Below are positions 1 through 13,800 of a stretch of DNA of 64,000 nt, in pieces. The notes under the pieces were generated by a model. That model was not told where the DNA came from and did no database searches. It saw only the letters and a program-made list of their open reading frames with translations. How positions within the stretch are numbered: the first letter of the stretch is position 1; each line of letters starts with the position of its first letter. Origin of the DNA: Squalus acanthias (lineage: Eukaryota); contig CM059432.1 of the NCBI GenBank assembly GCA_030390025.1, forward strand, positions 31,994,001 to 32,058,000. Direction: 5' to 3'. The position numbers and the translations under genes are program-made.

Positions 1-795
1 ATGCAGTGCAAGTTCTGTGAACTTGCACTGCCTTCATTTCTTTTCCTATTGAAAATCAGACCCATTAACTGATACACATCATATCTGTGAAATCAGAACG
101 GCATGCAGCGCACGCCAGATGCGTGTTGATACTGTAGGTGTGATGCGCGCACGTATCGAGAGCCTGTTCTTTAGTAAGAAAATAATGGGAACCTTGTTTT
201 TTCTTCTCTCTATATTCAGGAGGGAATCAGATTTTCCTGATTCACCACCTGAAGAAAATCCGTGAATTTATTGGTAGAAATCGGTAAAACACTATTTTAA
301 TGATCCTTACTTGTGTGAACAATAATTTGTCAGAGGACATGTTTGATTCGACAAAGCACTTTCCTGGTGCAAAAACACACGAGCACCCTGTGTGACTTCT
401 CATTTGTCACCATTTTCTAATCCTTTGTCATCATCAGCGTAACACACCATACTCATTTGCATAAGTGAATTGACTGACTTGCATTCCAGAGAAGTAAATT
501 TATTGGTTTCTCCTAAGACCATAAAGACCACAGAGAGAAAAGGCCATTTGGCTTTACTCAGCTTTACTCCATGCAGAGTCCATGTATGATTATCGATTAT
601 GGACCCCCAGTCCCCACCACTACCTGATGACCCAACTATTTTAAGGCTGGGAATTTCCTCTAAGGGGCACCCACTCCACTTCTGTAACTTCGCCACCAGT
701 GTGCCGGGAACCCAATGAATGCAGTGGACCAGGAGAAGCTTCGAGGAAACTTCTGGCCTAAGTTGTATCTGAGTAACTCTCCCTTCTCCATGAAT

Positions 796-1483
796 GTGAT
801 GCGGAGATGCCGGTGTTGGACTGGGGTGGACAAAAATGAGAAGTCGCACAACACCAGGTTATAGTCCAACAGTTTTATTTGAAATCACAAGCTTTCGGAG
901 CGGCTGCTCCTTCACCTGACGAAGGAGCACAGAATCCACAGAATCCACACAGTGCAGATGGAGGCCATTTCGGCCCATCGAGCCTGCACCGACACATATC
1001 CCACCCTATCCCCGTAACCCCACGTATTTAATCCCCCTAACACTAAGGGTCAATTTATCATAGCCAAATCAACCTAACCCGCACATCTTTGGACTGTGGG
1101 AGGAAACCGGAGCACCCGGAGGAAACCCACGCAGACACGGGGAGAATGTGCAAACTCCACACAGACAGTCACCCGAGGCCGGATTCGAACCCGGGTCCCT
1201 GGCGCTGTGAGGCCACAGTGCTAACCACTATGCCACCGTGTTGCTCCGAAAGCTTGTGATTTCAAATAAAACTGTTGGACTATAACCTTTGTCCACCCCA
1301 GTCCAACACCGGCATCTCCACATCATTCTTAGGGACATAACCTACTTGCCTAAATCCAGTGAGGTTAGGCACAGGTTAGCAACAGACAAGGCTTAGTGAC
1401 CCCAAATGTGCTCAGGGGCACTACTGGGGTTTAACCCACTTAAACTGAACAGAATACTGCTGGTGTTGTGCGACTTCTCATTT
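796..1483. mobile_element. Penelope-like-derived inverted-repeat element (copy 1), interrupted by a SINE and a templated insert
   Basis: Inverted arms gagaagtcgcacaacaccagg...gctttcggag; imperfect 12-bp TSD ttctcca(t/c)gaat at 784 and 1484. Confidence 0.75.
931..1243 (-). mobile_element. HE1-type V-SINE
   Basis: tRNA head (tggcatagtggttagc, ggttcgaatcc), V domain (tttgcacattctccccgtgtctgcgtgggtttcctccggg), CR1-like tail. Confidence 0.85.
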
Positions 1484-1791
1484 TTCTCCACGAATAGGGA
1501 AGCAACTCCCTTTTAAAGGTGAGGGAAAAAGTTTTGTCCAATCTCTAGCCTTGCTCAAGACTTGTGAATTTTGTACTTGGGCCCTTTAGTTCTATGCTTG
1601 TTGTCCAGGGCAAATAGCTTGTTTGCTTCAATCTTATCCTGCCCTTTAATTTTTTTTTAAACAATCATTCTCTTTTCCCCCCGAGTCTTTTTCAGTGAAC
1701 ATAGGTTTAGTTGATTCGGTCTCCCTTCATTACTTCCCTCTTCTGTTGACTGAGCCCCTGTTTCTAACTGGGATTGCTTTTATCTCTACAG

Positions 1792-1895
1792 TTTGATCTG
1801 GTTTGTGATGACAATTGGTTAAATCAGCTCTCACGGTCGATTTCCATGTTTGGACTTTTGGTTGGAGCCCTGTTGTTCGGTCCCCTATCAGACAG
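1792..1895 (+). CDS. SLC22A13: SLC22 exon 2 ([35 protein letters not shown])
   Basis: tctctacag| ... GACAG|gtaag; 104 nt, the usual SLC22 exon-2 size. Confidence 0.95.
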
Positions 1896-4800
1896 GTAAG
1901 AACCAACAGTTTAGATACTGTACAAGCACTATTGGTCATTTGTAGCCTCAGAATGGAGTACTGTCTTAAACAGGAGGTATAGTTCACTAAATTAGCCTAC
2001 ATGCCACTCCTTGTTATCCTGTTTTGTGCTTTAGAACAAGTAGCCTTGGCGTAGATATTTTGGGGCAGATTTTCTTCTTCTTGTGCTTGGTGTATAGGAT
2101 TGCTTGGGTGCAGCACAGAGGAAAATAGGGCAGGGAGAAGAACATGTCTGTTTTGAGGTCCAAAGGATCTTCAATTAAATTTAAATTAGCACAAAATCGG
2201 CCAGGGTCCTTTTATATGTGTGCGATCCTCCCTGTCTGATTTTCCTCTATGTGCTGCACTCAGGTGACTACAAGTGCAATAAGAGGAAATTTCTCCCCTT
2301 TGTACAACTCTCTTGCTGTAACATTGTGAGTTTGCACTAATAAGTGACATTATGAATGGGGACCGTAGATTAAGCTGGGACAGTGCATTGAATGGGGAGG
2401 TTGGACTGAATGGGAATGGTGGATTGATGGGGAAATTGGATTAAATGGGAAAGGTGGATGGATGGGAACAGTTGTTCTTAGGAAGCTGCATGTCGGATGC
2501 GTGTGGGAACCATCATCATACTTATTTCTCCAAACCAAACTATTGAGAAATCCACACAAGTAGACCTATGTTTTCCCAAAATGGAGTGCACACTCTTCTT
2601 AGGGACATATGTGAGAAGTCGCACAACACCAGGTTATAGTCCAACAGTTTTATTTGAAATCACAAGCTTTCGGAGCGCTGCTCCTTCATCAGGTGAAGTG
2701 AAGAGATGCATATAGGCACAGCATATATAGTCAGAGAACACTGCCAGATGATTACAGTTAATCTTTCTAACTGCCCTTTATCACGCCTCGGCAGAGAGAG
2801 AATCACGGCAATTAAAGGTGTGGATGGTGTCCAAACAGGTCAGTGAGGAAAACATTACATCAAAGACAATGAGGTGGGGTCACCAGGGGTCAAATGTGGC
2901 AGATGCTGGGGTCTGTATGGAAAACAAAAAACTTGACGAAGGAGCAGCGCTCCGAAAGCTTGTGATTTCAAATAAAGCTGTTGGACTATAACCTGGTGTT
3001 GTGCGACTTCTCACATTTGTCCACCCCAGTCCAACACCGGCATCTCCACATCATTCTTAGGGACATAACCTACTTGCCTAAATCCAGTGAGGTTAGGCAC
3101 AGGTTAGCAACAGACAAGGCTTAGTGACCCCAAATGTGCTCAGGGGCACTACTGGGGTTTAACCCACTTAAGCTGAACAGAATACTGCTTACCAGCACTG
3201 GTAAACTTCCTGATGTTTGTCTAACTATGACCACTCCTACCCCATTAGTACAGGGTAATCTGTAAGTCCGTGGGAAGAATTCCAATCCCCTGTGAGAGAT
3301 CTCCCCCACGAGGTCCCATTAATGAATCGACCTGACTGATCAATCATCACTGATATCCTGAGGTACTGCGAACCTACCTGCCTCAGTAGCTGGAATCCTG
3401 AGTCTCCAATCTCCCTTCACCAAGCATGTCAACTCGACACCAATGATAATCACCCATCAGCTATTAGACACCTGACAAGCATTTGGTTGAACTCAAACTT
3501 GGCAGACAGCAGATACTGGGAACTATTCCTGATTGGCTTAAGTGAGCAGCACAACTCGCTTTTAAATGTGTGAACGTATTGTCACCATTGTCCTAACCAC
3601 TGCACATACACACACCCCCATGACCCATTAAATGGTAGTTCTACCAAATGGAGGTGCAGTGTTTCAGAAGCAATACCTCACCTCTTTACAAACCAATCAC
3701 AGGATGCACTGAACCCAAGACACGTGAGCCAGGTTACGGTGGGCTGAATGGAGACTGTGGAATGAATATAAACAGTAAGTTGAGTGAAATGAATGGGAAC
3801 AATGGTCTATGAATAGGGCTATTGGGTTAAAGGTGACTAAATTCAAGAGGATTTGTGGATTGAATAGAGATAATGAGCTCTCATAATTTCATTGGATATA
3901 AACACTGTGAAATTACAACAAGGGCATTGAACACCAAAATATCTGCTCCCAAGATGCCTTGAGCATAAAACATGTAAAGATTAAAAGCGACAACAAAGGG
4001 TGAACAACACAATATGATCTGGAATGCACTGTCTGAAAGGCTGGTGGAAGCAGATTCAATAACTTTGAAAGGGAATTGGATATATGCTTGTAAAAGAAAA
4101 ATTTGAATGACTATGGGGAAAGGGCAGGGGAGTGGAACTAATTGGATAACTTTTTCAAAGAGCTGGTACAGGTATGATGGGATGAATGGCCTCCTTTTGT
4201 GCTTCATATAGATTATATCATTCTATATTCCCAAAATGAAGAGCTAAGTAAGCATTGTATATGGGACATTTGGTAAATCTTCTTTTTCATTTGTTACCAA
4301 CATAATACGAGTGTAGCACTCACATACCATAATTGTGGTGAAAACAATGTATAGGTCCTCTCGCTCTGCAAGTAAAATGAAAATAAAGACAGCATTTCAT
4401 AAATACTGTCTAATTTATTGAAATGGCACCATTAAGACACCATTATATAGTCAATTTCTCATTGCCTTCAGAATCAAAAATGTCTTGAGCAGCTATTTCA
4501 GTTATGGCTTCCTCATCCAACGAATAGAGTTACCATTTAATCCTACTTCCGCGCTCCTTATTTTCCTATTGGCCACATTCCATTCCTGTATCAAAAAAGT
4601 TGGAAGGTGGCCAGCTCCCAGATCCTGCTGTTGTGTAAGTCATCACTAAAGGGTGCACAATGTGAAACTTTGAGATCCCTTCCACTTGGGTATTTGCTCT
4701 CTGTCTCTATATAGAGGTCATGATGTGGAGATGCCGGTGTTGGACTGGGGTGGACAAAAATGAGAAGTCGCACAACACCAGGTTATAGTCCAACAGATTT

Positions 4801-7800
4801 ATTTAATTTTACAAGCTTTCGGAACAGTTCGCTCCTTCGTCAGGTAAGTTAGCAGTGAGAGAATCTCCCAGAATTCACAATTTAAACACAGCCTCGGATC
4901 TGCGGGTAAGCGTTCTCCAAGGCGGCCTTCGAGATACACGACAGCGCAAAATCATAGAGCAGAAACTGATAGCCAAGTTCCGCACTCATGAGGATGGCCT
5001 CAATCGCGATATCGGGTTCATGTCACGATACAGAACGTGACTTGACATCATGGCCGGTCTTCCCAGGTGTTTTTTTTTTTAAAAGACTAACACAAGAACC
5101 TACACAGATTGACAGGATATGCAGCCAGCAGGTGGATTGACACGTTGGACCCCCTGGGACACATCTCATTGTCTTGGCTGTGCTCTTTGATGTAAGGAAA
5201 GATTTGAATATATTTTGTCTGTGTTTAAATTGTGAATTCTGGGAGATTCTCTCACTGCTAACTTACCTGACGAAGGAGCGAACTGTTCCGAAAGCTTGTA
5301 AAATTAAATAAATCTGTTGGACTATAACCTGGTGTTGTGCGACTTCTCATTTCTATATAGAGGAGCCTTCCTTCTGTTCCATTAGATCTATTTCCATAAG
5401 CGCATTGGCTGGAAATTCCCTCGGAGCTGTTCACACTCCTCAACCATAAACCCCGTTTACGCATGTAAGTTTCACTTATGGCAAAATGACGGTAGCAGAA
5501 CAGAAGTAGGTCCAAGGAGATTCCAGAACACTGTTATTAATGTTCTATATGCCCAAGAAAATAGCAATCATATTCTCTCCATTTCTCCTTCCACAAAGGC
5601 ACTGACTCTCATGGGGGTCATGGTTCTAAGAATGTCAGTGGTCCTCCAGCACCATGCCTATCCTTCATTTGTCGCCCCTGGCAACAGATGACGTTGTCAC
5701 AGACTTATCAGAGTGTTGTCAGTGTCAGCTGTGGCTCAGTTGGTAGCACCCTCGCATCTGAGTCAGAAGGTTGTGGGTTCAAGTCCCACTCCAGGGATTT
5801 GCGCACATAAAGCTAGGCTGACACTCCAGTGCAGTGCTGAGGGAGTGCTGCACTGTCAGAGGTGCTGTCTTTCGGATGAGACGTTAAACCGAGGCCCCGT
5901 CTGTGGATGTAAAAGATCCCATGGCACTATTTCGAAGAAGAGTAGGGGAGTTATCCCCGGTGTCCTGGCCAATATTTTTCCCTCCACCAACACAACGAAA
6001 AACAGATTATCTGGCCATTATCACATTGCTGTTTGTGGGAGATTGCTGTATGCAAATTGGCTGCCGCATTTCCTACATTACAACAGTGTCTGCATACCTG
6101 AGCACTGCATGATGCAAGAGTCAGCAAGGCGATTGTTTTCTAGTTTTATGAGAAGCCACTCTTTTACAGACTCACACAACGCTTGTCACCTGACTGTTTC
6201 CCTTCACCATACTTCCCTTATGCAGCACTTCTGTAATTAGTGCCACTACTGTGTATTGGTCATCTCATTTCAGCTAAGTGGGACTAATTTTGTCTCTTCC
6301 CCATTTCCACGCCCCTACACCCACCCCCAAAAATACAGAGATCTCCATCATTGCCACTAGTAACCCCACCTGGTTGAACTGACAGTCAAGACTGAGATTC
6401 AGCCCTGACTGTTCATGAGGAAGCTACAACACTATACTACTAGAGCTGGTGTCCTTGAGAAGATCGGACTTTGCTACAAGATGGCTATTACGCATATTTA
6501 ATAACATTGTCCCTTTCTTTTTTGTAGGTTTGGTCGACGTCCAATTCTTTTGGTCTCACTGCTTCTTCAGCTAGCCAGTGGTGTGGGAGCAGCGTTTGTA
6601 CCAAACTTCAACTTATTCATCTCTCTGCAGTTTGTTCTTGGTGCATCGGTAGCTGGTATGCAGATTAACACCTTTGTTTTAGGTATGTGTATAGCACTCC
6701 ACACCCTCAGCAACCTCATTGGCACGCTGCAGCTTGCACTTTCATAAGCCATTCGCATCTCAGTCCTCTTATTTCATAAGATCACTCGATAAATATGGAT
6801 GAGGAAGACCATTCTGTCCATCCTAGCTTATCCATTCAGACAGTATGTCCTCCGCCCTTCAAATAACAGCATTTGACTTCTCTTAAATGACTGCATAGCT
6901 TTTGCCTCCACTACCTACCCAGCAGTGCATTCTACTGTTGATCACGCGCTGTGGGATAAAGAACTTCCTGAAATTTAGGCCCATAGAGCAGGCTATCCAA
7001 GGTCAAATTGAGTAGGAGAGGCAATGGGGTAAATGACAAAGCAATGGTTAGGTGATGCCAGGGTTGGGTTTTAAAAGCCTGTGGATTGTAAAAGAAGGGA
7101 TTTTGAAGAATTGAATAAGGCAAGACTTGAATAATTGTTAAGGCATTTCAAGATGTCATGTGCAAGTAGTACATATTGAGAGCTTAAAATTCTTCTGTGA
7201 CAAGGTTATACTTATGGATATAGGCCCCGAGAAACAGAAAAGTTGCCTGAGAGTTGAATTGTGATGTGAACATCTCGAAAGACCATCATATCTGAAGACC
7301 GAATTGCAAGATTGAGAGCAGTATAACACCCAACATTTTGGTAATGATGCTTTAAGAATGTTCTGGGATTGTTACAACCTGTCCAGTTGCTAACAGATTA
7401 AAACTCTCCACAACTTGCAGCTTCTGTGTAATTTATCCGTGCCTGTATAAAAGATGTAAACATACCTAACTGAAAATACAGAGGGCTAAAAATTCGATAG
7501 CGGTAAAAAGCTGCCGGTGTTAACGGCCGCCAAAAGGATGGTGCTGGCAGGACCGGTAAATTGGCGCTGGTGGCTAATTAACATTAGCCCAGCATTAAAT
7601 TAACAGTGCAATGCCATTCTGGTGGGGTTAGTCCTGGCAGAAGGCCCCAATGTAGCGTAGCCATAGCGTCATTGCAGCAAGAACAGCCTTCTGTTAAAGT
7701 GAGGCTATGAAATGTCATTGACCTGAAACGCTAACTCTGTTTCTCTCTCCACAGATGCTGCCTCAATTGCTGACTATTTCCAGCATTTTGAGTTTTTTTA

Positions 7801-10800
7801 GATTTCCAGCATCCGCAGTATTTTACTTTTGTATTTCAGCAAGCAGTTCAGTCTCTTAAAGGGAAACTGCTTTCTGAAATGAAAAAAATAAAAAATCATG
7901 TAAAAATAGGCGGCTTTCAGCCCTTACAGCTCAACTGCCTTCTGAAAAAAAAATTAACATTATAAAGAAGTACTAAATGGGAGTCTCCAGCTCTTGAAGC
8001 TGAATTCCCTTCTGCACCTAAAAAAAATAAATAGGAAAAGTGCCTCAGCAGGCCAGGGAAGGGGCACCCAGGGTCTCTCACGCAGCACTCCAGCTTTGTG
8101 CAGGGGTTCAACACTGCAAGACAGGTCCTCGACCTACAGGGGCCAGGAGGCCCTCCAGAAAGAAGGATGTGGGACTAGATCACCGAGGCCGTCACTACCA
8201 GCAGTGCCACTCCCATGACCTAGCTCCAGTGCCCAAAGAAGCTTCATGACCTGAGACCACTGGTCAAGGTCAGTGAATGCATCTTCAAAAGCCGTCTCCT
8301 ACCAACTGCACCAACAGCATCACACAATGGTCAATGCACGACTCCCCCCCGCCCCCACCCAATCATTCGCCTACAAACAAGCTGTACCAAACACGAGCAC
8401 ACCTCCCATTCCTAGCTTCACCTCACCCCCTTGGAGGAGACAGTGCTGGCATTTTTGGCAGGGGCATGGCTGAGCCCTTGACCAGTGGCAGGGGCTGAAA
8501 GAATACAAGATGCTGGTATCCTCATGCATTATCCTCCTCCTGGCATGCACCACTTGCTTTCCCGCCCTCCTCTTACCACAACTCCACCCTTGTGCCTTCC
8601 TCATTTCATACACCCAAGAAATGCAGTCTGCCCAGCCAGTGATTGACCAAGAAGAGGGCGAGGAGAGAGAGGGAGGAGAAGAAGAAAGAGAAAAAGGAGA
8701 AGAAGAAGAAGAAGCGATGAGTTGATTTCTTGATGTCATATTGGTTGGATAGATGTATAAAGTTGGATTGAAAAGTTTGCTCTGTGGTGGCTTTTAGTTC
8801 AGCATTGTGGGTAAGTGGATGATGTGATGGTCGGTAACAGAGGGAAAGTAAGGTGTGGGACAAATGTTGAAAGGAGAATTGTGGTTGTGGTCACTGGTGC
8901 TGCAGGCTGATGATTCCATCCCGGATATCCCGGCCAGAAAGGGGCTGTCTGGGTTGCATCCTTCCTTCTACTTCCTCCTCTTCTGCTACCTCCTCTTCTG
9001 CTTCTTCTCCTTCTGCATCTTCCTCTTCTGCATCTTCCTCTTCCCTCTGCGAGCGGATGCTGTAAATTTGAAATAAAAGCATAAAATGCTGGAAATACTC
9101 AGCAGGTCAGGCAGCATCTCGACCTGAGACCACGGGCTCGATTTTGCCAGGCCCGAGGAGGTGGGATTGGAGGCGAGTGAGGTGTAAAAATCGCAAAAAA
9201 TGGCGGGTGGCTCCGATCCTGCCTCCAGCCCGCCTCCGAGCAATTTTCCCAGAATCGGGGTTTCAGACCCCGTTTCCATCCCGCCTCTTGGAGGCGGGAT
9301 AGGCCCTTAACAACCAATTAATTGCCTCTATAATCCCATTTTGAGAGGCCTTTCTGATTTTAACACATTTCCCCCGTCCTGCACGTCTCCTCTGGAACAC
9401 GCCAGTTAATCCTGGCGGCCTCACAAGTGGATTGCTTACTAACAGCTGCAGCTCCACCATTAAAAAGGAGTTTTCACCAATGATCATTTGCAGGTGGCAG
9501 AACATTGTTGTCTCAGGTCTGGGGGAACTTTTAGGCATACTCATTGTTGTGGAAGTTTGGAGCCTGACACCCATCTCCAGTGTGACCTCCTGGGAAACCC
9601 CTATCCCCACCTTGACTGAGCGCTTCCTCAACTGAGTTATATACCAGAAACATGGGAACCATTTATTTCCTTTCCTCCTGGACATCAGATTCAGACGAAG
9701 ACCAGCCGCGGCAGCAGCAGAACCCTGAACAACAGCAGCACCAACAGCAGCAGCAAAAACAGGAGCGCCAAGCTGCTGCTCACCCACCTGAAGCTGCACA
9801 GGCCAGAAGGCGCCAGCGCGCGACCACATTGCTGCCCGGGATGCAAGGGACGCACTCATGTTGGCCAGATTTGCTTAGCCTGCACAATCAAACACTTTTG
9901 CCTCGCATCTTCTTACCAGAGCATCGACAATGGACAAGAACCTGCGGATTCCTATCACTCTGACCACCATATTGACGATTGCAAGTCGCCCTAAGCCCTC
10001 AATGTGGAAGTCCCATTTGCGAGATGACACAGGCCACAACTTCAGCAGTTTGCCATCAAATCTGTTTATCATATTACAAGGATGGCTTGTCAAAAAACAA
10101 TACAACAGAACACCGAAGTGACTACCCTTGTGACTACTTGTGCTTTATTTTCCTCTTATGCGTGCTCCAACGTGGTGCTTCTCCTGTGGCTTCAGCAGAT
10201 GTGGAGGCCCCTTGCTTACTTTCTTGCTGCTCCTGTCTTGACACCTTTGGCAGGCGTCCTCTGGGGTTGCGAGCCTGTGAAGGCTCGGCAACAGTCTGCT
10301 GCTCCTACGGCTGTGCAGGGGCTGAGATGCCCATCTCAGTTGGGTGAGGACTCTGGTGGGGCTCTGACCAAGGGCTTTGCAGTGGCATGGTCATGTGAGC
10401 GCTTGGAGAGGAGCCCCCACTTCCTTGTTGTCTGCCACCAACATCCCTCTCGTGGGTCAGCCCCACTTCAGAGCTAGCAAGTGGCTTGACAGCACCTTGC
10501 TGCACTTCAGGGGGGGCCATGAGGATCCATTTCTGCACTGGAAGTCCTACTCCAGAGGACTTCCATGAAGGTCTGGTTTCTATGCTCAATAGCTGACCAT
10601 CGCTCCTCAAGAGATGCCAGTCTATTCTGAACAATTACCATGTTTTCAACACTCTGGCGACTTAGCTCCTCCATGGCCGTAGACATCCTCTCCTCTACCA
10701 GAGCCATCCTTTCCACAGAGGTTGCCATCCTTTCCGTGGTGATGCGTTCATGCGCCAATGCCTCCACAAAGGCTCTGCTCATGTTCGCGATGGACTCCTC

Positions 10801-13800
10801 CATTCGCTCCACACTCGCAGCGACCCTGGAGACAAAAGCTGCCAGAGACTCCTGCACCAGTTCCTGGAGTTCCAGCACCGCACTCCTTCTGGATGGACCC
10901 GGAGGCACAGGGTCGACATGCAGCTGAGCCGAGCTGGGAGAGTCCTGCGCCTCCAACGAGGACTCTCCACTGCTGTCCCTGTCTTCACCATCTGCTGATG
11001 CTCACTTGTGAGGTGTGATACACATCACTTCTGTTTCTTGTGCCTTTTTTCTTCACACTAAGATCTGCACCTCAACCTAACTATAAACAACTATCAACTC
11101 CTGTCTCCTTGCATATCCATTATGACTCCGCGTGTAATCTTAAAATTAAAGCTCGACCATTTAGGAGTGAAATCAGGAAACACTTTTTCACACAAAGGGC
11201 AGTAGAAATCTAGAACTCTCTCCTCCAAAAAGATGTGAATGCTGGGTCAATAGAAATTTTCAAGATTGAGATCGATAGATTTTTGTTAGGCAAATATATC
11301 AAGGGATATGGAGCAAAGGCAGGTAAATAGAGTTGAGCTGTGCAGATCAGTTGTGAGCTAATTGAATGGCGGAACAGGCTTGAGGTGCTGAATAGATTAC
11401 TTCTTTTTCTTTGTTCTTATGTGCTTTGAATGACCTGAGTATGTAAGATCTGTAGAAATGAAACATTATATATATATATATATTACCCAAGTATTTGTAC
11501 CTTCAAATGGGAAGAATGTTATTTTAAACATAATCCCAGTCTTCAATGTAGCAAGTACTTAGTAAAAAAATTTGGCCAGATCATTAGGTCCAATGATGCA
11601 ATAAAATAAAGCTGCTTGTTTTTATGTGAAAAGCCCCACTTTTTTGTTTCACCCTGTAGGATATGTACTTCTTGTGAGATTAACATTGAAAGCTATGAGT
11701 CGGATGGAGAATTAAATAAATAAAAATGGAAATATATATATTTTTTAAATGTAACATGCCAATTTTGTCTCTCTGCAGGTACAGAGTGGTCTGGTGTATC
11801 ACAGCGATCATTTGCCGTTGTCCTCTCCCATTGTACCTTTACAGCTGGGCAGATGCTTTTGGCTGGGCTGGCTTATGGGATTCGCGACTGGAGGAAGCTG
11901 CAATTAATGACCTCATGTCCTATGGTTATCTTCTTGTTTTACATATGGTAAAGTACTTCATAACTTTTGTAAGCTTCAGTTCTATCTTGAGGCTCAATTT
12001 CTCTTTAGTTCCCTATTGGATTTCTTAGTAACTATCTTGTATTCATGGCCCTTAGTTTTGCATTCTCTCACAAGTGGAGACATTCTCTCCACATCTACCC
12101 TGTTCAACCCATTCATAATTTTTAAGACCTCTATCAGGTCACCTCTAAGGCTTCCCCTTTCTAAATTAAAAAAAAAAAGCCCAAACCTGTTCAATCTTTC
12201 CCGATAGCTGTAATCTCTCAGTTCTGTTACCATCCTTGTAAATCATTTTTGCACTTTCTCCAGTGTTTCTACAGCCTTTTTATAGTATGGAGACCAGAAC
12301 TGTGCACAGTACGCTAAGTGCAGCCTGACCAGGGTCCTAACAAATTTAGTACAACTTCACTACTTTTGAATTCTACACCCTAGAAATAAATCCCTGTGCT
12401 GTGCTAGCATTTTTAATTGCTTTGCTGACCCGTGATGCTGCTTTGAATAATTTGTTCACCTATATCGTTAGATCTCTTTGCTCTTCCATCCCATTCAATT
12501 ACTTATTTTTTAATGTGTAGGCGATGTTCCTATTTTTCCTACCAAAGTGCGTCACCTGACATTTATCTATGTTAAAGTTCATTTGCCACTTGCCTGCCCA
12601 GTCTGCAAGTTTCCTAATGTCATCTTGTATTATGTTGCATTCTTCTTCAGTGTTAGCTATACCTCCCCCGCACCACACATCATACTTTGGTATCGTCTGC
12701 AAATTTTGATATTGAGTTACTTGTTCCCAAATCCAAATCATTAATGTAAATTATGAATAACAGTGGTCCCAGCACTGATCCTTGTGGAACACCACTTTCT
12801 ACCTTCCTCCAATCTGAATAACTACCCTTTACCCACTGGCTGGAGTCATGCATAGCACAAAGGAAGAAAGGTTGTGGTTGTTGGAAGCCAATCATCTCTG
12901 CTCCAGGACATCGCTGCAGGAGTTCCTCAAGGCAGTATCCTAAGCCCAACCATCTTCAGCTGCTTCATCAATGACCTTCCCTACATCATAAGGTCAGAAG
13001 TGGGGATATTCGCTGATGATTGCACAGTGTTCCGTTCCATTCGTAACTCCTCAGATATTGAAGCAGACTGTGCCCACATGCAACAAGACCTGTTTGTGGG
13101 AGCTTGCTGTGCACAAATTGGCTGCTACATTTCCTACATTACAAGATTGAGTACACTTTTTAAAGTACTTCATTGGCTGTAAAGTGCTTTGGGAGTCCTA
13201 AGATTTTAAAAGGCTCTATATAAATGCAAGTCTTTCAAGTCTTTTTTTCCTCCTCTTCTGCTTCTTCCTCTTCCTCCCTCTGCAAGCAGCTTGTCCCCTT
13301 TGCTGCCTCTGCTCCATCCCCATATCATGCTGCAGCACAAGGGGGACTGCAACTAGAGCCCCCAGGACTGGGAAGAAGTGGTGTTCTCAGAGGCCTTCCT
13401 TTAAAAGCCAAAACCTTGCAAATGTCTAGCAGCACTCCCTGCATAATTTAACAACTTTTTAAATACTTTACACCAAGCCACTACTCCAGTAAAATGTAAA
13501 GAAACCAGTACAAAAGCAAAAATCTAAACTTCTCTGAAAATTAAGTGTCTCCCTTTGAGAAGCACTGGCAGCGGGTCCGCCATACTGCTGCAAGCACGTT
13601 CTGCCGTGCATGCTTTGGAGACAACATAGAAACATAGAAGATAGGAGCAGGAGTAGGCCATTCGGCCCCTCGAGCCTGCTCCGCCATTTAATGCGATCAT
13701 GGCTGATCATCCAAATTCAGTACCCTGTCCCTGCCTTCTCCCCATATCCCTTGAACCCCTTAGCCTTAAGAAATATATCTAACTCCTTCTTGAATATATT

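Noticed and set aside
400..849. 149-aa minus-strand ORF containing YADD
   Set aside because: No other RT motifs; it starts inside a Penelope-derived arm; chance match.
5720..5795. tRNA genes (also 1170-1243, 37895-37980, 53265-53337)
   Set aside because: A/B boxes run on into SINE or LINE bodies; no clean cloverleaf.
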